NCBI GenBank assembly: GCA_040752695.1
Contig: JBFMGO010000096.1
Coordinates: forward strand, 1 to 23,525
Source: a bacterium
GTDB lineage: Bacteria > SZUA-182 > DTGQ01
Direction of reading: 5' to 3'
DNA: 23,525 nucleotides
The translations under genes were made by a program, and so were the position numbers. Of this stretch, positions 1 to 7,691 are shown one piece after another (positions within the stretch are counted from its first letter, which is position 1; each line of letters begins with the position of its first letter). The notes under the pieces are model-generated. The model did no database searches. It saw nothing but the letters and a program-made list of their open reading frames with translations, and was not told where the DNA came from.

Positions 1-139
1 CTATGGCTGGGTCAAGATTCAGGCTCACCATGATGAGGAACTCTCTCTTGTGTTCTTGCCAAAAATTACAAAATGATTTATTTTCTGAATGGGCAGTAGC
101 GGATTTGATGAGATTTTCCCGATAAGCTGAATGGAGCAT
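1..139 (-). CDS. Hypothetical protein, 5' part only (runs off the left edge)
   Basis: On the minus strand AAGGAGGT lies 11 nt before an ATG at 139. The frame MLHSAYRENLIKSATAHSENKSFCNFWQEHKREFLIMVSLNLDPAI stays open to position 1. No family recognised. Confidence 0.45.
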   Translation of the reverse strand, partial: MLHSAYRENLIKSATAHSENKSFCNFWQEHKREFLIMVSLNLDPAI

Positions 140-172
140 AAGGGGTTAACACCTCCTTTCTATAGTGGAGAT

Positions 173-209
173 CACCTGTTATGCAAAATACGCTTTTGCA
201 TAACAGGTG
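173..209. promoter_or_regulatory. Perfect 16-bp inverted repeat (hairpin or operator) upstream of the edge ORF
   Basis: CACCTGTTATGCAAAA-tacgc-TTTTGCATAACAGGTG. Confidence 0.6.
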
Positions 210-251
210 TGTTAACCTCTCTCTATCGGCCTTTTGAATTTCCGAGAGCCA

Positions 252-657
252 CTTCAGGCACCTTAAAAAAGGGTTGAGAGCTGATACTCCCAACAAAAAT
301 GACCTGAAAAAACAATAAATTTTATTTCCGAGAAAGCTCTTCATTGAGGGCATTGCGAGAAAACAGCCGCATCTGTTTATTCACTGACAGCCTGGAATGG
401 TGGGCATGTTTGCTTGATGGGAGCGGTGTGAGTCGAGAGGCTCCCGCACCGTTCTGCGAGAGGCCAGGGGTGAAATTCCTCTGGTCTACTCACCCTCCCG
501 GCACTACAAAAATGGATTGAGAGCTAACTAACCCCTATAAAAATGACCTGACAAAACAAGAGCTTTTATTTCGATTTTTCTGAGCAATACAAGAGATAGA
601 TTTTCCGTGTATAAAAATGGCCTGATAAATCAATGGCTTTTATTTCCGAGAAAGCTC
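252..657. repeat. Three degenerate copies of a ~50-90 nt repeat (252-339, 495-572, 610-657), possibly IS/MITE end remnants
   Basis: Copies 1 and 2 share GGCAC..AAAAA.GG.TTGAGAGCT...AAAAATGACCTGA...TTTTATTTC. Copies 1 and 3 both end TTTTATTTCCGAGAAAGCTC. Confidence 0.65.
340..493 (+). mobile_element. 5'-truncated group II intron remnant (IEP C-terminus plus domains V and VI), RmInt1-like (bacterial class D / IIB)
   Basis: Domain V GAGCGGTGTGAGTCGAGAGGCTCCCGCACCGTTC (421-454) is followed by a domain VI hairpin AGGCCAGGGGTGAAATTCCTCTGGTCTACTCAC ending in AC. The preceding frame reads FIEGIARKQPHLFIH*QPGMVGMFA*, matching the maturase LFxHW motif with Trp changed to TGA. Confidence 0.88.
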
Positions 658-682
658 AGGCCGGGGGAATTACGCAGCCAAT

Positions 683-752
683 TGTAGGGGCGGCCCCCTG
701 TGGCCGCCCGGTATATGGGCAAGGGCAGGCACAAAGGGCCTGCGCCCCTACA
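683..752. repeat. GTAG-type REP doublet (REPIN-like)
   Basis: TGTAGGGGCGGCCCCCTGTGGCCGCCC and an inverted partner GGGCAGGCACAAAGGGCCTGCGCCCCTACA, each a GTAG followed by a GC-rich hairpin. Confidence 0.75.
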
Positions 753-784
753 AACTTGGCCGCGCAATTGAGGCGATGTGCACT

Positions 785-955
785 TATAGCGGTTTGCAGT
801 CGTATGTACTACACGTAACGTGCTGTCGTTAGCGGTTCAGCGGCAACTACTGTAGTTCTGCTCAAGTGAAACACCTATGCCGGTGAACCGGCACAAAGGG
901 TAATGAAAATGATATCAACCAGTTCTCGGATCATTTTCAGGTGAAAACCGCTATA
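785..955. mobile_element. MITE-like element with TA-terminated inverted repeats (IS630-like ends)
   Basis: TATAGCGGTTTGCA (785-798) and TGAAAACCGCTATA (942-955) form a 13/14 inverted match. Internal hairpins TGCCGGTGAACCGGCA and TGAAAATGAT...ATCATTTTCA. No coding capacity. Confidence 0.6.
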
Positions 956-1030
956 GAACCTCTATCCGAAAAAGTGGGGATAACCTCAATATTTATAAGC
1001 AGTTCCATGACTTTTTGGATAGTGTCTTAG
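954..1030. mobile_element. Second small inverted-repeat element abutting the first; may also act as terminator for the large gene
   Basis: CTATCCGAAAAAGT (962-975) versus ACTTTTTGGATAG (1010-1022). Confidence 0.4.
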
Positions 1031-1036
1031 TCCCCG

Positions 1037-4000
1037 CTACGGCGTTTGATTCGGATCGCTTTCTATCTGATTCGGATCATTTTCTATTCGATTCGGATCG
1101 CTTTCTTTAGGATCGTCTTGTACAGCAATCCCATCTACGCTGGTAACTCCGTGGGGTGTTGTTACCTCAACGGTAAACATACCCCACGTCACATCATCTT
1201 TAGTGGGCTGTATTATTACTGAATAGGTGAACGGTTTAGGGTCGCATGTATTCGGTAATCTAAAATTTTTGGGGCCGACAATTGTACCGTTCGTCGTTTC
1301 CATTGATACCGTTGTCCCTGCTGGCATCGGGTTGTTATGGAGATCTGCAATTGTAATCGAAACTGACTGATAATTGTCATGAGTACTCCTGAAATCCAAT
1401 GATTCTGGCCAGAAAGTTATGTATGCCTCACTGCCTGACATAATGATTTGAATAGAATCCTGAACGTAGACCAGTTCTTTCGTGCATAAGTCCAGGGCTT
1501 CTACTGCGTCGGAGCACAGTGTTCCATTGTAGATCCCATTTGATTCGCCGTCGAAGTGTCCATTATGGTTATAATCCCAGTACTCTTCGTCAGGATCACG
1601 TATCCCATCGTAGTTTTTATCAAGGAAGGGTTCAGCAAGATCGGTTCTTTGATTGAATTGGTCCCCTTCATCGAAAAGCCCGCTGGCATTATAATTTGTA
1701 AAGCTTTCCTCCCCGATGCACATGGCCAGAATGGTAACCAGGCCGTTGTCCGGTCTGGGGGGACCGCTGAGCCAGGGCACCGTACAGAGGCCATTTTTCA
1801 CGACACTGGAGCCTTGTATGGAGCCTCCTTCAGTGGTGAAATAAACAACGGTTCCGTCAGGTACGAAATTGTTAAAGTGGTCGGCAGCTCGAAATGTTAT
1901 GGGGACTTCAACATTTTCGTAGTTCCAGGCCTCGGGGTTACCTGTTTCCGCGCTCACAGAAACACTGTCCTGATCGGGAAGACCGGTGGTTATGGCAAGC
2001 TCGTCCGAAACGATGGTAATCGAAGGATTGCTGACCAGGATTGCCTGAACCCTTATGTGAGTGGATATGGTACCGGCTTTTACCGTAACCTGAACCAGCC
2101 CTCCTGAATTTGAAACGGCGTTCGGATCTGACAGTGAGAGTCCGCCGATTTCTGTAGAGAGCTGGAACCTGACGGCCTGAGCCGGGAATGGATTGCCGTA
2201 CTCGTCAACTACTTTGAAAACGAGGATCGATACCTCCGAGCGGTGCGGACCTCCTGTGCCTTTCAGTGCAATGGTCGAGGGAGTGGCAGAAATGAACTCG
2301 ATGGAACAGGGCTCTCCTAAAGGCGCATAATTGTCGAGTACAGAGGTCGCTGCCGTACTTTCAAATCCCTTGGGAGTAGTCACTTTAACCGTAAGTATAC
2401 CAGAATCCTTGCCATCACCCGGCGTGGACTCTATTTGTATCGGATAGCTTATCGGTCCGGGTCGGCCTGTACACGGTACCTTGAAGGAGCTCTCACCGAT
2501 GATTTTGCCATTCGTCGTTTCCACTTTTACCGTTGTACCTTCCGGCATTGGATTGTTGTTGACATCGGCAACGGAAATCAAAACGGTTTCACTGTTTTTC
2601 CCCCTGAAATCTATGGATTCTGGCGAGAAAGTTATCTGTGCAAAACTGCCTGACATTAGGAGAACAGTAGAAGCCTGATTATAAATCAACTCCCTGGTGC
2701 ATATACCTGAAGCTTGTGCGGCATCCGAGCACAGCGTGCCGTTGTAGATTCCATTCGGCTCACTGTCGAATTGCCCGTTGTTATTGTAATCCCAGTACTC
2801 CTCACCAGGATCACGTATTCCGTTCCTGTTATCGTCCCGGAAAGGCTCAGCCATATCGGTGTTTGGATCAAACCAGTCTCCTGCTTCAAAAAGCCCGCTG
2901 GCATTATTATTTGTAAAGCTTTCCTCACCAATGCAAAAAGCCATAATCGTAACGATGCCGTCTTTCGGTCTCGGATCACTGCTGCGCCACGGTACCGTAC
3001 AAACCCCATCTTTCACGACATCGGAGCTGCGTATGGAACCTCCTTCTGCAGTAAAGTAAACAACGGTTCCGTCAGGTACGAAATTGTTGAAGTGGTCGGA
3101 AGCCTGAAATGTTATGGGAACTACTACATTATTGTGGTTCCATGCTTCAGGATTGAATGTTTCAGGGCCAATAGAAATACTGTTCTGGTCGGGAAGCCCG
3201 CTCGTTATGGCAAGCTCATCCGAAACCGTGATAACCGAAGGATCGCTGACCAGGGTTGCCTGAACCCGTATGTGAGTGGGCATGGTGCCAGATTTTACGG
3301 TAACCTGAACCAACCCTTCAGGATTCGAAACTGCGTTCGGATCTGAGAGTGAGAGGCCGCCGATTTCCGTGGAGAGCTTGAATTTGACAGCCTGATTGGG
3401 GGTTGGGCGACCGACAGCATCAACGAGTTTGAAAACGAGGGTCGATACTTCCGAGCGGTGCGGTCCTCCTGTACCTTTCAGTGCGATGGTAGAGGGGGCA
3501 GCAGAGACGAACTCGATGGAAGCAGGCTCTCCTGCAGGCTCGATGTCGATATCCCCGCCGCCTGAAGAAGTTCCCTGATCATCATCGACTACCGTGATCG
3601 CCTCCGTGGTTTTATTTCCCTTGGGCGTAGTCACCTCAACCGTAAGGATGCCATAGGTTTTATCATCGTCCGGACTGGGCTCAATGAATATCGAAAAGGA
3701 AAGCGGCCCGGGACAGGAGGTACATGGCACCTTAAAGGTGCTTTCACCAATAATTTTGCCGTTCGTCGTTTCCACTTTCACCGTTGTATCTGACGGCATG
3801 GGATTGTTATTGACATCAGCGATAGAAATCAAAACCGCCTCACCGCTTTTTCCCCTTAAATCCACGGATTCGGGCGATAAAGTGATATCGGCAAAGCTTC
3901 CTGACATGGTGAGAACCAGGGAAGCCTGGTTGTAAACCAGTTGCTCGGTACATAAGCCCATGGCTTTTGCAGTGTCGGAACACAATACACCATTGTAGAT

Positions 4001-6205
4001 TCCGTTCGGCTCGCCGTCGAACTGCCCGTTGTTGTTGTAATCCCAATACTCTTCACCGGGATCACGTGTCCCGTTTTCGTTATCGTCGCGGAAAGGTTCA
4101 GCCAGATCGGTGGAATAATCGAACAGATCTCCTTCGTCGAAAAATCCGTTGGTGTTGTAATCGATAAAGCTTTCCTCTCCGATGCAAAAGGCCAGAATGG
4201 TAACCCGGCCATCTGCCGGTCTTGGCTCACTGCTGCGCCATGGTACCGTACAAACCCCGTCTTTCACGATATCGTAGCCGCGAATGGAGCCCCCTTCTGT
4301 CGTAAAGTAAACGACGGTTCCGTCAGGTACGAAGTTGTTGAAGTGGTCGGAAGCCTGGAATATGATGGGGACTTCCTCGTTATTGTAGTTCCATGCTTCG
4401 GGATTCAGTGTTTTGGCGCTGAGGGAAATACTGTTTTGGTCGGGAAGACCAGTAGTTACGGCAAGTTCATCCGAAACGATGGTAATAGAAGAGTCTGCGA
4501 CCAGGGTTGCCCGAACCCTTATGTGGGTGGGGACATTGCCCGCTTTCACGGTAACCTGAACCAACCCTTCAGGATTCGAGACAGCATTGGGGTCTGAGAG
4601 TGAGAGGCCGCCGATTTCCGTGGAGAGCTTGAATTTGACAGCCTGATTGGGGGTTGGGTGGCCGTACTCGTCAACTACCTTGAAAACGAGGATCGATACC
4701 TCCGAGCGGTGCGGACCTCCTGTGTCTTTCAGGGCAAGGGTCGAAGGAGTGGCAGAGATAAACTCGATGGAGTAAGGGTCTCCTACGGGCCCGATGTCGA
4801 TATTCCCACTGCCTGAAGAAGTTCCCTTATCATCATCGATTACCATGGTTGTCTGGGTGGTTTTATTTCCCTTGGGCGTAGTCACCTCAACCGTAAGTAT
4901 GCCATAGGTTTTATCATCGTCCGGACTGGGCTCAATGAACACCGTAAATGAAAGCGGTCCGGGCCGGTATGTGCACGGTACCTTAAAGGAGCTGTCACCA
5001 ACGATTTTACCGTTCGTGGTTGTAACTGACACTGTTGTACCTGCCGGCATTGGGTTGTTATTGACGTCAGCAATAGTAATGAAAACCATTTCACCGCTTT
5101 TTTCCCTTAAATCCACGGATTCGGGCGATAAAGTGATATCGGCAAAGCTCCCTGACATGGTGAGAACCAGGGAAGCCTGGTTGTAAACCAGTTGCTCGGT
5201 ACATAAGCCCAGGGCTTTTGCAGTGTCGGAGCACAGCGTACCATTGTAGATTCCGTTCGGCACGCCGTCGAACCGCCCGTTGTCGTTGTAATCCCAATAC
5301 TCTTCACCAGGATCATGGACTCCGTTTTCGTTGTCGTCGCGGAAAGGTTCAGCCAGATCGGTGGAATGATCGAATAGATCTCCTTCATCGAAAAATCCAT
5401 TGGTGTTGTAATCGATAAAACTTTCCTCTCCGATGCAAAAGGCCAGAATGGTAACCCGTCCATCTGCCGGTCTCGGATCACAACTGCGCCAGGGCACCTC
5501 ACAGACGCCATCTTTTAAGACATCGGAGCCGCGTATGGAGCCCCCTTCTGTGGTAAAATACACAACGGTTCCATCAGGTACGAAGTTGTTGAAGTGGTCG
5601 GAAGCCTGGAATATGATGGGAACCTCCACGTTATTGTAATTCCACGCTTCGGAATTCGGTGTTTCAGCGCTGAGGGAAATGCTGTTTTGGTCGGGGAGCC
5701 CGGTTGTTACGGCAAGCTCATCCGAAGCGATGGTAATCGAAGAGTTTGCAACCAGAGTTGCCTGGACCCGTATATGAGTGGGGACATTGCCCGCTTTCAC
5801 GGTAACCTGAACCAGTCCTTCCGAATTCGAGACAGCATTGGGGTCCGAGAGCGAAAGGTCGCCGATTTCCGTGGAGAGCTTGAATTTGACAGCCTGTCCG
5901 GGAAGCGGATGGCCGTACTCGTCAACTACCTTGAAAACGAGGATCGCTATCTCCGAGCGGTGCGGACCTCCTGTGTCTTTCAGGGCAAGGGTCGAAGGAG
6001 TGGCAGAGACAAACTCGATGGAGTAAGGGTCTCCCAGGGGTTTTCCGTCTGTAGAACTTCCATCTACGGTATTCCCGTCAATGATATTTCCATCATCGCC
6101 TGCAATGGTAAAATTCGAATCGTTACTGCCTCCGCATCCAATACATCCTAGAATGAGCAAACCGCCTAATAAGACAACCAATGCCTTAGCATATAGGCAC
6201 TTCAT
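1037..6205 (-). CDS. Large surface lipoprotein with four tandem ~405-417 aa modules (Big_1/invasin-type Ig-like domains plus DxNxNG Ca-binding loops)
   Basis: The ORF is 1724 aa from TTG 6211; ATG 6205 is preferred because AGGAGG is 9 nt upstream. Signal peptide with lipobox (LILGC/IGC, then GGSND). Module starts (SIEF) at ~6012, 4761, 3510 and 2295 give periods of 1251, 1251 and 1215 nt. Conserved motifs GLPDQNS, DHFNNFVPDGTVVYFTTEGG and GEESF, with DYNxNG/DDNENG loops. Confidence 0.9.
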   Translation of the reverse strand: MKCLYAKALVVLLGGLLILGCIGCGGSNDSNFTIAGDDGNIIDGNTVDGSSTDGKPLGDPYSIEFVSATPSTLALKDTGGPHRSEIAILVFKVVDEYGHPLPGQAVKFKLSTEIGDLSLSDPNAVSNSEGLVQVTVKAGNVPTHIRVQATLVANSSITIASDELAVTTGLPDQNSISLSAETPNSEAWNYNNVEVPIIFQASDHFNNFVPDGTVVYFTTEGGSIRGSDVLKDGVCEVPWRSCDPRPADGRVTILAFCIGEESFIDYNTNGFFDEGDLFDHSTDLAEPFRDDNENGVHDPGEEYWDYNDNGRFDGVPNGIYNGTLCSDTAKALGLCTEQLVYNQASLVLTMSGSFADITLSPESVDLREKSGEMVFITIADVNNNPMPAGTTVSVTTTNGKIVGDSSFKVPCTYRPGPLSFTVFIEPSPDDDKTYGILTVEVTTPKGNKTTQTTMVIDDDKGTSSGSGNIDIGPVGDPYSIEFISATPSTLALKDTGGPHRSEVSILVFKVVDEYGHPTPNQAVKFKLSTEIGGLSLSDPNAVSNPEGLVQVTVKAGNVPTHIRVRATLVADSSITIVSDELAVTTGLPDQNSISLSAKTLNPEAWNYNNEEVPIIFQASDHFNNFVPDGTVVYFTTEGGSIRGYDIVKDGVCTVPWRSSEPRPADGRVTILAFCIGEESFIDYNTNGFFDEGDLFDYSTDLAEPFRDDNENGTRDPGEEYWDYNNNGQFDGEPNGIYNGVLCSDTAKAMGLCTEQLVYNQASLVLTMSGSFADITLSPESVDLRGKSGEAVLISIADVNNNPMPSDTTVKVETTNGKIIGESTFKVPCTSCPGPLSFSIFIEPSPDDDKTYGILTVEVTTPKGNKTTEAITVVDDDQGTSSGGGDIDIEPAGEPASIEFVSAAPSTIALKGTGGPHRSEVSTLVFKLVDAVGRPTPNQAVKFKLSTEIGGLSLSDPNAVSNPEGLVQVTVKSGTMPTHIRVQATLVSDPSVITVSDELAITSGLPDQNSISIGPETFNPEAWNHNNVVVPITFQASDHFNNFVPDGTVVYFTAEGGSIRSSDVVKDGVCTVPWRSSDPRPKDGIVTIMAFCIGEESFTNNNASGLFEAGDWFDPNTDMAEPFRDDNRNGIRDPGEEYWDYNNNGQFDSEPNGIYNGTLCSDAAQASGICTRELIYNQASTVLLMSGSFAQITFSPESIDFRGKNSETVLISVADVNNNPMPEGTTVKVETTNGKIIGESSFKVPCTGRPGPISYPIQIESTPGDGKDSGILTVKVTTPKGFESTAATSVLDNYAPLGEPCSIEFISATPSTIALKGTGGPHRSEVSILVFKVVDEYGNPFPAQAVRFQLSTEIGGLSLSDPNAVSNSGGLVQVTVKAGTISTHIRVQAILVSNPSITIVSDELAITTGLPDQDSVSVSAETGNPEAWNYENVEVPITFRAADHFNNFVPDGTVVYFTTEGGSIQGSSVVKNGLCTVPWLSGPPRPDNGLVTILAMCIGEESFTNYNASGLFDEGDQFNQRTDLAEPFLDKNYDGIRDPDEEYWDYNHNGHFDGESNGIYNGTLCSDAVEALDLCTKELVYVQDSIQIIMSGSEAYITFWPESLDFRSTHDNYQSVSITIADLHNNPMPAGTTVSMETTNGTIVGPKNFRLPNTCDPKPFTYSVIIQPTKDDVTWGMFTVEVTTPHGVTSVDGIAVQDDPKESDPNRIENDPNQIESDPNQTP
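1047..1105 (-). repeat. 21-nt tandem repeat encoding the C-terminal (IE[S/N]DPN[Q/R])x3 tail
   Basis: TGATTCGGATCGCTTTCTATC / TGATTCGGATCATTTTCTATT / CGATTCGGATCGCTTTC. Confidence 0.85.
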
Positions 6206-6290
6206 GAGCAATGTCCTCCTGTAAATTTGATCAGTAAAGATAAATCATAATTAATATAATTATTTTATTTTTTTTGTCATCTAGGGAATA

Positions 6291-6980
6291 TTAAAAGAAA
6301 TAAGAGAATCCGATCAGGATGTGATGGGTTTTGAGCTCGGTCTCCATATTGACTTTTACGCCCAGGACATTTTCGTCGAAATTCAGATTGACATGGGTAT
6401 ATCGATACTCCATAAATACTGCACTGGTTCTTGAGAGCACCTTTGCCATCCCTATCCGTGCATCCAACCCGATATCTATCGTCCGGTCAGCGTAAGTGCC
6501 GGATACGGCAGGTTCTCCCACCAGGCCGGGGATGGCTGATTTTTCAACCCTGTATTCGATATTCGAAAAGAAAATACCTGGTCCGATGCCTGCATACGGC
6601 AGGAGTTTGCCCCTGGGGTAAGCTCTGCTCTTCAAAAGGGGAAGCCGGAACATGAACAGAGCGGATATGGGGATAATGTCCAGATCTCCTTCTCCACCAT
6701 CGATGCTTCGCTGGAACCAGGAGAGTTCAAGAGCAGCTCCGGTCCATGGATACCGGCCAGACCAGTACCCGATCCTGTATCCTGCCGTAAGGGAATTGCT
6801 GAAGGTTACCTCTTCAGTGACCTTCTCATTCGAGGTCGAAATTTTGAAATCTTCATTCCCTGCACTGAGCGATCCCCCCAGATAAACATCACAGAACCTT
6901 TCCGCTGCAACGGGCTGCGGGGCGTAGGACAGCAGTAAAATCAAGGATAAGACACATATCAATAATTTGAATATTCTCAT
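6291..6980 (-). CDS. Outer-membrane beta-barrel protein (OmpA/OmpW-like 8-stranded porin family)
   Basis: Sec signal peptide (…PVAA), amphipathic beta strands, PYAGIGPG, EYRY motif, C-terminal GFSYFF with terminal Phe (Bam signal), RBS AAGGAG. Confidence 0.88.
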   Translation of the reverse strand: MRIFKLLICVLSLILLLSYAPQPVAAERFCDVYLGGSLSAGNEDFKISTSNEKVTEEVTFSNSLTAGYRIGYWSGRYPWTGAALELSWFQRSIDGGEGDLDIIPISALFMFRLPLLKSRAYPRGKLLPYAGIGPGIFFSNIEYRVEKSAIPGLVGEPAVSGTYADRTIDIGLDARIGMAKVLSRTSAVFMEYRYTHVNLNFDENVLGVKVNMETELKTHHILIGFSYFF

Positions 6981-7282
6981 TTTTTACTTCTCCTTATCTC
7001 GACGGATGTTCAACTGAACGGATGTTTAATCATTCCAATAACTATCTGTTTTTGTTAGTAATTTATCCATCTTTTCTACGAAGGGAATGGGGGATGTTAA
7101 CAGCGCGTATGCCCCGTTCAACGATTCTGGTGCCTGTCCCTCTGCTTGTCAGCTCTCCATATGCCCGCCCTAAAGGTAGGTGAATGTCCTTAAAGCAGGG
7201 AATCGCCCAACATTAGTGCAGTATTTTTAAATATTTTTCTTATAATATTTATTATCAATATAATATATAAATTATCTATTAA

Positions 7283-7312
7283 ATAATAGCAGTTCCAAAT
7301 AAAACATGTCAA
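7283..7312 (-). promoter_or_regulatory. Sigma70-type promoter for the barrel/lipoprotein gene pair
   Basis: Minus strand TTGACA-18 nt-TATTAT with an extended -10 TG. Implies a ~300-nt leader. Confidence 0.55.
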
Positions 7313-7491
7313 ATAAATAAGCAAAAAAGAACTATTTACAGAAATTAATCTTTCCTTCTTGAACCACTACCTTCATGAAACTTGACCAGGATTTCGTATT
7401 TTCTTATGCGGATTGGCAGCAAGAAGGATTAAAGGCCCTCCTTCTGTTCACCCCTCTCCTCGATTGAATCGAGAAATAAGGATCTCTCCCC

Positions 7492-7521
7492 TTGCCTTTT
7501 CCCCGGATACAATATTATAAT
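7492..7521 (+). promoter_or_regulatory. Candidate sigma70 promoter of purL
   Basis: TTGCCT-18 nt-TATAAT. Confidence 0.5.
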
Positions 7522-7578
7522 GGCCCTTATCGACTTTAATTCCTGATCTTTGTATTGATGACAGCCAATAGTGAAAAT

Positions 7579-7676
7579 CGTTCATACGCAGAGGACAGCC
7601 GGTAGTCGCCTTAAGCAGCACCAGCAAGGAAGAGAAGCAGGAAACTCATCGATTACCACCTGTTCGGGTATGAGCG
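7579..7676 (+). ncRNA. Candidate structured 5' leader RNA of purL (not a family I recognise)
   Basis: Three nested stems, each with a G-U pair on the + strand: 7579-7587/7668-7676, 7593-7598/7660-7665, 7601-7608/7650-7657. The structure ends 3 nt before the GGAG RBS. Confidence 0.4.
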
Positions 7677-7691
7677 GATGGAGTTTATACT

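Noticed and set aside
385..387. In-frame TGA as selenocysteine or recoded Trp in the intron ORF remnant
   Set aside because: The fragment has no start or RT domain, and TGA serves as a normal stop in purL and other genes here. A simple TGG>TGA nonsense change is more likely.
78..818. ORFs 78..353 (-) and 633..818 (+)
   Set aside because: They run through repeats and REP palindromes (VGAAPCGRP is a typical REP translation) and show no RBS or domain.
1037..6205. DGR template/variable repeat pair among the near-identical segments
   Set aside because: Differences are not adenine-specific, all copies are in-frame modules of one gene, and no intact reverse transcriptase is present.
7591..7650. 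RNase P or SRP RNA suggested by CCGGTAGTCGC…AGGAAA and GGAAG…GCAG
   Set aside because: It lacks GAGGAAAGUCC and the length required for RNase P, and lacks the SRP domain IV CAGG-GNRA-AGCAG arrangement.
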